Positions 22,901 to 28,390 of a stretch of DNA of 28,390 nucleotides are shown in pieces. Made by a program: the position numbers and the translations under genes. Source of the stretch: a virus. Taxonomy: Duplodnaviria > Heunggongvirae > Uroviricota > Caudoviricetes. The notes beneath the pieces are model-generated. The model saw only the letters and a list, made by a program, of their open reading frames with translations, was not told the origin of the DNA and did not search any database. The stretch spans positions 132,320 to 160,709 of IMG/VR virus record IMGVR_UViG_3300010396_000001. The stretch is one strand, 5' to 3'. Numbering within the stretch: the first letter of the stretch is position 1; every line of letters starts with the position of its first letter.

Positions 22901-24275
22901 CAACCCGGTCAGCAAGGAGCACCTCAAGCACGCCTTTTACGACTCGACGCCGGACGAGCACGAGCAGGGCAGCCGCTGGTACCCCGATGCCCACCACGTG
23001 GCTACGGCTATCGCCGGGGGCGACTCTGCCCGTGGAGCCGGCCTGGTAGCCGCTTACTCTCCGCGCACCGCGTGGCCATCCAACCTGTTTAACGCCTCGA
23101 AGGCTCATCGGGAGAACCGGGCCTTCGGCGGCCCCGGCGAGGGCGCCATGGGCATGCACCGCAACCTGGCCGCCCCGATTATCGCCGGAGTCCACCACTC
23201 CGAGGCCTTCTCCCGCTCCGCGCCCAAGATCCGGGCCTTTGCTCACCTGATCGAGCACGGCGGCGATCTTCCCGAGGACGTCGGCACCGACCGCGAGCAC
23301 GTTGTCATCGACCGGCATGCCCTGTCCGCCGCCATCGGCCGCCGGGTTACTGACGACGACCTCAGCCGGGTCCCGCTCGACCATCCGCGCTTCTACGAGC
23401 ACGTGGCCAGTACCTACCGTGCCGCGGCACGGGACCTGTCGGCTGATCTCGGCCTCCACATCCCCTCCCACCGGCTCCAGGCCACCGTCTGGAAGCGTCA
23501 GCTGCGCCTGAACGCTGCTGAGGACGCCGGGCAGCCCTGGGGTGGCCGAGGTCGTAACAAGCGCACGGAGAACGCCTGGACCCGCTGGAACCAGCACGCC
23601 CAGGAGCACCACCCCGAACTGGGGCCGGAGAACATGCACCGCCAGGGAGCCCAGCGCATGGCCTACGGGGAGACTCGCGTGCCGCCGCAGATTGACACGC
23701 TGCGGGCCGAGGAGTGCCCGGTCTGCGGCGAGGACCAGGTGTGGACCGGCCAGCGCTGCCCCGTGTGCGGATACGTCAGCCCGCCGGACCTGTTCCGGGA
23801 CCCGGACACCAGCCGGGCCATGCAGGTCCGCGAGCAGCTCGACAGCGGCGACGTGGACATCCCGCCGGAGGGCCAGGGCTCCTGGCCTGATGCCGACGCC
23901 CAGCTCTACCACCCCGACCAGATCGCGCCCAACGGCGTGCCCGGCCCGGATGCCACCGTCCAGGATCCCGGTGACGGCCAGCTGCCCCAGGAGGGCGGGG
24001 AGGGGGCCCTGGCCTGCCCCGAGTGCGGCGCTCAGTTCGGGCCCGAGGACGGCCTGGCCGAGGGTGACCCGTGCCCCGAGTGCGGCCAGGGCCAGCTGGT
24101 GGCCGCCGACTTCGCCGGGGACGAGGGCGAGCTGCCGCCGGACGAGGAGATGGCGGAAGAGGGCGAGGAGCTGCCGCCGGGCGAGGAGCTGCCTGAGGAT
24201 GAGGAAGAGCCGCCCGAGGAGGAGGATGAGGGCGAGGATGACGAGCCTGACCCCAGGGAGAAGAAGCGCAAGTGA
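19974..24275 (+). CDS. Prohead (capsid maturation) protease fused to GNAT, repeat, HhH-glycosylase-like (DUF7178-like) and Zn-ribbon domains
   Basis: GAGGAGG RBS and ATG at 19974. Protease motifs KPVFVNHH...DRTSMG...FFENS...PAD (~20040-20630); GNAT motif HPSYQGRGLA (20814-20843); WYPDA...AAYSP...VIDRHA...LQATVW (~22870-23620); C-terminal CPVC/CPEC pairs and acidic tail. Confidence 0.88.
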   Translation: MLRKYASLAVLDAWQVPARPGPASLRKTAHRVDFEYTPRPGYLYVRSRAISSRANDNHDEFPAAEIEKSYKTFLGKPVFVNHHNANHRRARGVIVAVALHRDRNPDGTPDTWAEVLQEIDARRFPKLAQAILAGRVDRTSMGVDVEESQCTACGNKATDPAQYCRHLPALKGQKIRRRGSDGKLREEIIREICRGLSFFENSLLVEEPADPTAYVLGTPDDRGLKMTAAALPKSLRFRFMHASETMSGSHELTAHVPGRDKPVGEIKWHPASGAVDLVGTHPSYQGRGLATHLWNRAHEISAERGFPFPRHTGSEPGDAPGVQTPEGAQWARHAPNPGYVHGQEPMIPRQRGNQTRDIRPELIDPAATDMAEHMISDHGFYDSASRIRASDPEAVAAMHDAQHAGPVRRPHRHAALPPHVNWDAVTGLQHVVPVTFSGDSSEPYEFPMGSPHTHDVCRDHLPSVMSLPEGEARIHPENPRRGTCVYCGRGPEGIIGNPQNLDVPSREGGGTYPYSQRHLPEMLRQLGEGQHDLSPYDPHNPKFDYHSGIDQRLPYRMNSLRREAITGEEAEPGHSIWAVPNGESPAADEVYQNMHTRDPGEHGEGWYKGTAYHGPYHIIRHPETRSTHVVDARGRDTRPGSPGGYGNWERDGNWGESAAEDHWRGLESVGPDHARTGTHEDPSYALQKERTPAFPHSRIDPEDLRRAERPDARVHKPEGHSPEDEWHGPYEVVRHPETSRFHVVDNAGRVAPHGWQGHPTQMGAERSRDYTDRRQQSKDRAKGIAGAMWEGMQQVFDPGSTPDSRQSDRNLAEGQELMTRYAGGRGRVKFDPDEDGGAPYYHREHYLPNGNESGWYVKHYGGAHADIYHHATGDESGHDMIRFPEHPDDENSMAPRIHPDFDDISMGKALKDWHDDTEAGARRHWEDASPGYGGHPVGDARIIRWKRRYPNGRPPRPQQHEGARYESPADHPFFQANPVSKEHLKHAFYDSTPDEHEQGSRWYPDAHHVATAIAGGDSARGAGLVAAYSPRTAWPSNLFNASKAHRENRAFGGPGEGAMGMHRNLAAPIIAGVHHSEAFSRSAPKIRAFAHLIEHGGDLPEDVGTDREHVVIDRHALSAAIGRRVTDDDLSRVPLDHPRFYEHVASTYRAAARDLSADLGLHIPSHRLQATVWKRQLRLNAAEDAGQPWGGRGRNKRTENAWTRWNQHAQEHHPELGPENMHRQGAQRMAYGETRVPPQIDTLRAEECPVCGEDQVWTGQRCPVCGYVSPPDLFRDPDTSRAMQVREQLDSGDVDIPPEGQGSWPDADAQLYHPDQIAPNGVPGPDATVQDPGDGQLPQEGGEGALACPECGAQFGPEDGLAEGDPCPECGQGQLVAADFAGDEGELPPDEEMAEEGEELPPGEELPEDEEEPPEEEDEGEDDEPDPREKKRK

Positions 24276-24321
24276 GCACCAACAATAGTGCGGGTACCCC
24301 AACTATCGTGGGTCCGCTCTG

Positions 24322-24753
24322 GTGAAGCCGCCAAGGTGGCGCCGGGGCGGCTGGGTGGACGAGCGCTGGCGCCATCGTGCGGCGCAGCGGACGCGAGCGG
24401 CAGACAAGGCGATCGAGATGGGACTGACGAGCGACCCGGCTGACCCCCGGCTCGGCCACGGCGAGGATAAGTCCCCGCAGCCGATGCAGGAGATGTACCT
24501 GATCCTGTCCGACCACGAGCGGGCCCGCGGCTTCGTGCGGCCGGTCCGGCGCTCCTACCGGCACCAGGACCCCGAGTGCGGCGTGGTGACGACGATGGCG
24601 CTGCCGCTGGCCGAGACCTACGCCGCCAACCCGGCCTTCTACGGGGCGACCTACTGCACCGGCTGCCGCATGCACCGGCCGGTCGGCCAGCACGGCGAGT
24701 TCACCTGGATGGACAACGACGGCAGCGATACCGCGGAGCTGGTGGGAACATGA
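24322..24753 (+). CDS. Conserved phage hypothetical protein with H..CG..T / TYCxxC..H motifs (alternative start 24418)
   Basis: YLILSDHERARGFVRPVRRSYRH...CG..TTM...AETYA..P.FYGATYCTGC..H.PVG..GEFTW is a recognisable widespread small Zn-binding family. Confidence 0.85.
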   Translation: MKPPRWRRGGWVDERWRHRAAQRTRAADKAIEMGLTSDPADPRLGHGEDKSPQPMQEMYLILSDHERARGFVRPVRRSYRHQDPECGVVTTMALPLAETYAANPAFYGATYCTGCRMHRPVGQHGEFTWMDNDGSDTAELVGT

Positions 24754-25478
24754 GCGAGGGTTACGACCCGGCGCAGGACCCGGTTCACGGGAGCGGCTGG
24801 AACTCCGCGGCCCGCTGGGGCGGCTGGGACTGGCGCGAGCCCCGCGGGGCGCAGCACTACCGGACCTGCTCGTTCTGCGGCAGCATCAGCCCGCAGGACC
24901 TGGCCGCCGAGCCTGCGGGCACGGGCTGCGGGTTCCCCGGCTGTCCCGAGCCGCACAGCGAGCTGAGCAACGTCCACTTTCCTGGCCCGGAGGCCTACTG
25001 GAACACGGAGCTGCAGACCAGCGCGGGCCATCCGTTCCTGAACACGGGCTGGCGCGCCAGCTGGGCCGACCAGAAGTACGGCTGGCCGCACAAGTTCTAC
25101 GTCAAGGGCCTGGTCAACCGCCATCCTGAGATCAAGCGCATTGTCACCGCGCTGAGCGAGGATCAGTACCAGGCGATGCTGGCCGGAAAGGACTGGCCCG
25201 TCCGCCAGGACGCCTATGAGTGGCATCGCGCCAGCGATATCCCGGACGGCTATGACGCCTCCGGCTGGCGCCTGGAGGATGGCCGTTACGCCTGGGTGGG
25301 ATTCGGCTCCGACAAGACCCATCACGCGAAGTTCTACTCGGTTCACCTGGCCGATCCTGCGATCGGCGACGAGGTGCGGGAAACCGTCTCGCGAGTCTGC
25401 GGGCTGCGGTTCACGTTCACCGGCGGCAAGGTCAGCTGGAAGGCCTATGCGCCGCCTGAGGAGCCCGCGGCGGAGTAA
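24750..25478 (+). CDS. Hypothetical protein (242 aa) with CSFCGS motif
   Basis: ATGA overlap at 24750-24753; Trp-rich; ADQKYGWPHKFYV motif. Confidence 0.82.
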   Translation: MSEGYDPAQDPVHGSGWNSAARWGGWDWREPRGAQHYRTCSFCGSISPQDLAAEPAGTGCGFPGCPEPHSELSNVHFPGPEAYWNTELQTSAGHPFLNTGWRASWADQKYGWPHKFYVKGLVNRHPEIKRIVTALSEDQYQAMLAGKDWPVRQDAYEWHRASDIPDGYDASGWRLEDGRYAWVGFGSDKTHHAKFYSVHLADPAIGDEVRETVSRVCGLRFTFTGGKVSWKAYAPPEEPAAE

Positions 25479-25485
25479 ATGCCAC

Positions 25486-25584
25486 GGGATCGCAGCCGGG
25501 CAGAATGCGGCTGCAACCCCGGTCCGCCCCGGCGTGCACCGGCACGCTCCGCGCGCTGCCTGGTGGGGTGACGGCTGCGATCCC
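25486..25584. ncRNA. Candidate structured cis-regulatory RNA upstream of the scaffold gene
   Basis: Perfect 13-bp inverted repeat 25486-25498/25572-25584; inner ACCCC/GGGGT helix and GCGTGC-ACCG-GCACGC hairpin; a competing pairing partner at 25508-25514. Confidence 0.5.
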
Positions 25585-25666
25585 TGGATCAGGCCTGCAC
25601 GGGCCATCCCCGCGCTGAATCCTATCGGCCCCGGAAGGTGCAGTAGCACCGCCGGAAGGGGACTCG

Positions 25667-26581
25667 ATGGGTGGCGCCAAGTCAGCTGCTCGCGAGATGC
25701 AGGCGCAGCATGTTGCTGCCCTGATCCGCGAGAACCAGATCCTGCGCGCTCAGCTGCATTTCGTGGCCGACCTGGCCGGCGTGCGCCCGGAGCTGGAGCA
25801 GATCCGCCGCCAGGCGGACATGAACAACCCGGCGTCCCCGGTTCCGGACCCGCCGGAGGAGCCTCCGAGCGAGACCACCGAGGAGACCCTGGCGCCGGAC
25901 GCCAACGGGGACGCCTCGCGGCCCGGTGCCGAGCCCGGCTCGCTGACCCGCGTCCCGGCCGAGCAGATGACCACGTCGATGACCCCCGGCGTGGAGATCC
26001 AGACTCCCCCGGCGTCCAACCTGGTCTCGGTGACGGCCCCGGTCCAGGGCACCAACCCCGACCAGGACGGCGGGGTGCCGATCCAGCAGCGCCGCATCGA
26101 GACCGACGTGCGCATCGACCCGGATCCGCTCAAGGCCGGGGGCCCCGGTATCGGCGGCATCGGCGGCAACGGGGCCGCGTTCCCGTGGATGCTGGATGCC
26201 CGCGAGCCCGGCCAACAGGGCGGCCAGCAGAAGGCAGCGGCCCTGCAGCCGCCCGCCTCGGCTGAGGACGTCTCCGGGGCGCGCACGATGGCCTCTATCC
26301 GGCTGGCCCGGCTGCGGGTGCACGCGGGCCTGGCCCGCGGCGACGAGCTGGTCCTCGGCACGCAGATCGAGCGTGACGCCTCACTGTCCACGCCGGCGAT
26401 CGAGCACGAGATCGGCATCCTGCAGCAGGTGGCCGCCGTGCGCCCGCCGGAGCGCCCGCGGCCGATGGCCCGCCAGGCCGCCCGCAGCGCGCCCTCCCTC
26501 GCGCCGACGATGGCGCCGGTCTATGCCTCGGCCTCCGCGGCCGGGGACAGCGACGACCTCTCGGACCTGTTCAGTGACTGA
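25667..26581 (+). CDS. Putative scaffolding protein
   Basis: Lies between protease and decoration/capsid genes; helical N- and C-terminal parts, Pro/acidic linker, acidic-hydrophobic tail DDLSDLFSD. Confidence 0.65.
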   Translation: MGGAKSAAREMQAQHVAALIRENQILRAQLHFVADLAGVRPELEQIRRQADMNNPASPVPDPPEEPPSETTEETLAPDANGDASRPGAEPGSLTRVPAEQMTTSMTPGVEIQTPPASNLVSVTAPVQGTNPDQDGGVPIQQRRIETDVRIDPDPLKAGGPGIGGIGGNGAAFPWMLDAREPGQQGGQQKAAALQPPASAEDVSGARTMASIRLARLRVHAGLARGDELVLGTQIERDASLSTPAIEHEIGILQQVAAVRPPERPRPMARQAARSAPSLAPTMAPVYASASAAGDSDDLSDLFSD

Positions 26582-26870
26582 CGCGGCGCGCGTCACGGCG
26601 CTGGAAGCGGAAATAGCCCGGCTGCGCGAGACCGTGGCGCAGCTGCAGTCCCGGGCAGTCAGCCAGGCAATTACCTGTCAGCCGTTCCCGCTGACCGCAT
26701 GCGCGGGCGTCATACCGCCGGTCTATTACCCCGCGATGGGGCCCGGCTGGATGACGTTCTCGCTGCCGCCCGCGGGCGCTGCGCCGGTGCCGGCGCTGCA
26801 GTGGGTCGAGTTCGGAAATTCCGGGAGCCGCGTCTCCCTGACGCCCCCGGAAACGGCGCCAGAAGGATGA
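26574..26870 (+). CDS. Hypothetical protein (98 aa), N-terminal coiled coil
   Basis: GTG at 26574 overlaps the scaffold stop by 8 nt; RVTALEAEIARLRETVAQL heptads. Confidence 0.6.
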   Translation: MTDAARVTALEAEIARLRETVAQLQSRAVSQAITCQPFPLTACAGVIPPVYYPAMGPGWMTFSLPPAGAAPVPALQWVEFGNSGSRVSLTPPETAPEG

Positions 26871-26934
26871 CGCCCGGAAGAGTCAGCAGGCAGATGGCAG
26901 CGAGCCTGAGCCGGATGCAGAAGGAGATACCGGA

Positions 26935-27618
26935 ATGATCCGGACCTATCTGGCCAACGACTACATCAAGCGGACGATCCGCCCGCTGTACTCGTGGACC
27001 CAGGCGACGCCAAAGCCATGCTTCCTGGACCCGGCGTGGACCCGGGCCGTGCCGATCTGGCCCGGCATGGGCTTCATCCGCACCGGCGGCGACCTGGTCA
27101 CGCTCGCGGGCGCCAACAGCGTCCAGATGGGCAGCGCCAAGACCATGTACGGCACCGCGGGCAGCGGCAACAACGGCGTCGTGCTGAGCGCCAACGAGCC
27201 CTACCCGGTCTACGGCCTGGGCGCCCTGTACGTCGGCGGCGACGGCGTGGACGAGCTGCTCTACGCCGGCATCAACGCCTTCGCGGTGTGGGTCCTCGGC
27301 CCGGATGCCGAGTTCGAGATCCTCGCCCCGGCGTTCGACCCCACCTCCACGTGGACCGACCCGCCCGCGATGGGCACCGGTGCCACCAACTACCCCGGCT
27401 CGCAGCTGATCGGCGTCGCCACGCAGAACGGCGGCGGCACGGGCACCGGCCTGCAGACCGGCACCCTGCAGGGCCAGCTGGTGCCGTGGAGCAACGGCAC
27501 CGGCGTCTCCTCGCCGGTCGCCCGGCTGCTGAAGGTGAACTCCTCGACCAAGATCACCATCGGCGGCCTCAGCTTCACCGACCTGGCCAGCAACGCCAAC
27601 CTGGCGACCACCAACTAG
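26935..27618 (+). CDS. Capsid decoration / head-stabilising protein (lambda gpD-like position)
   Basis: AAGGAG RBS; KRTIRPLY...QATP...FLDP...PGM and EILAPAFD motifs recalled from the gene preceding the capsid gene in cluster C-like phages. Confidence 0.8.
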   Translation: MIRTYLANDYIKRTIRPLYSWTQATPKPCFLDPAWTRAVPIWPGMGFIRTGGDLVTLAGANSVQMGSAKTMYGTAGSGNNGVVLSANEPYPVYGLGALYVGGDGVDELLYAGINAFAVWVLGPDAEFEILAPAFDPTSTWTDPPAMGTGATNYPGSQLIGVATQNGGGTGTGLQTGTLQGQLVPWSNGTGVSSPVARLLKVNSSTKITIGGLSFTDLASNANLATTN

Positions 27619-27673
27619 CCCGGCCCGCCCGGGACGGACACGGCAGCTCGCACGCACGCGGAAGGACACCCAG

Positions 27674-28390
27674 ATGTCAACAGCACTGGCGCCGGTCACG
27701 GCAGGCCACCTGGCGCCCGCGCCGGCCTATGCGCCGGCCGAGGGGCTGCGGCGTGCGACCGCCCGCAAGTCCGACGACTACGTGGCGCAGATCGAGGCGC
27801 GCCGGTCGCGGACGGCCCCGCTTACCCGCGAGGCCAAGCTGCGCAAGATGGCGCTCGTCCTCTCGGACGAGATGCACGGCTTCCGGCGCCTGGGCGTCGG
27901 CATGGTCGGCCCGATCCAGCTCAAGCTCCGCTACCAGGGCATCGTGCGCAACGTCCTGGTCGAGGACCCGGTCACGCCGGGCACCCCGGTGGAGTACGAC
28001 GTCTGGGACGACCTCGGCCAGGCCTACATCCTGTCCGGGACTGAGGGCGAGGTCCGGGTCACTCCCTTCGAGGGCAAGCGGATCCCGGTGCGCTTCTTCC
28101 GCATCGCGGCCCGCCCGGCGCTGCGCAAGGAAGACCTGTTCTACCTGCGGATCAACGCGGTCGAGCAGGCGCAGGACGAGACCAAGCAGGCGATCCTCAA
28201 GCAGGAGGACGCCCGGCTGCTGGTCATCCTGCAGGCCGCGGTCACCGACTACGCCACCCGGCCCGATCACGTGGTCACCCCCAACCACAACATCACCGAG
28301 GCGTCGGGCTACCTGACCCCCGGCTCGCTCTACAGCGCGGTCGCGATGACCGACCTGCACGAGCTGCCCTCGGCCCGGATCCTGATCAAC
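27674..28390 (+). CDS. Major capsid protein, 3'-truncated (not in the ORF track)
   Basis: GAAGGA RBS at 27661-27666; open to the window end: MSTALAPV...KSDDYVAQI...GPIQLKLRYQGIVRNVLVED...YDVWDDLGQAY...RVTPFEGKR...KEDLFYLR...KQAILKQEDARL, closely resembling the Bxz1-type capsid protein as recalled. Confidence 0.92.
   Translation, partial: MSTALAPVTAGHLAPAPAYAPAEGLRRATARKSDDYVAQIEARRSRTAPLTREAKLRKMALVLSDEMHGFRRLGVGMVGPIQLKLRYQGIVRNVLVEDPVTPGTPVEYDVWDDLGQAYILSGTEGEVRVTPFEGKRIPVRFFRIAARPALRKEDLFYLRINAVEQAQDETKQAILKQEDARLLVILQAAVTDYATRPDHVVTPNHNITEASGYLTPGSLYSAVAMTDLHELPSARILIN

Noticed and set aside
24576-26870. Track ORF starts at 24576, 25216 and 26196
   Set aside because: The 24576 and 26196 starts are upstream in-frame extensions of genes better started at 24750 and 26574 (coupled overlaps); 25216-26265 is an out-of-frame shadow.

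Overview
High-GC actinobacteriophage DNA covering the head-morphogenesis region of a large phage. From recalled sequence features (not a database search), the portal, prohead protease, decoration and major capsid proteins resemble those of Bxz1/cluster C-like actinophages. Plus-strand backbone: partial papain-like amidase, tRNA-Met(CAT), tRNA-Asn(GTT), portal (3390-5681), a 2186-aa multidomain protein (7743-14303), a 1433-aa prohead protease fusion (19974-24275), putative scaffold, decoration protein and the start of the major capsid protein (27674 to window end, absent from the ORF track). The two giant head-locus proteins carry candidate enzymatic domains: two ADP-ribosyltransferase-like, ParB/Srx, SWIM, GNAT and an HhH-glycosylase-like domain. 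They also share a six-histidine module found 6 times in 3 genes. Three accessory transcription units sit between head genes. Each has a sigma70/HrdB-type promoter with the same 12-bp palindrome (CAAGGWWCCTTG) in its spacer, and two ribbon-helix-helix proteins are candidate binders. Also present: a lower-GC holin-like cassette, three paralogous helical modules, and two ~100-nt strongly base-paired intergenic elements. Domain calls are motif-based by eye.
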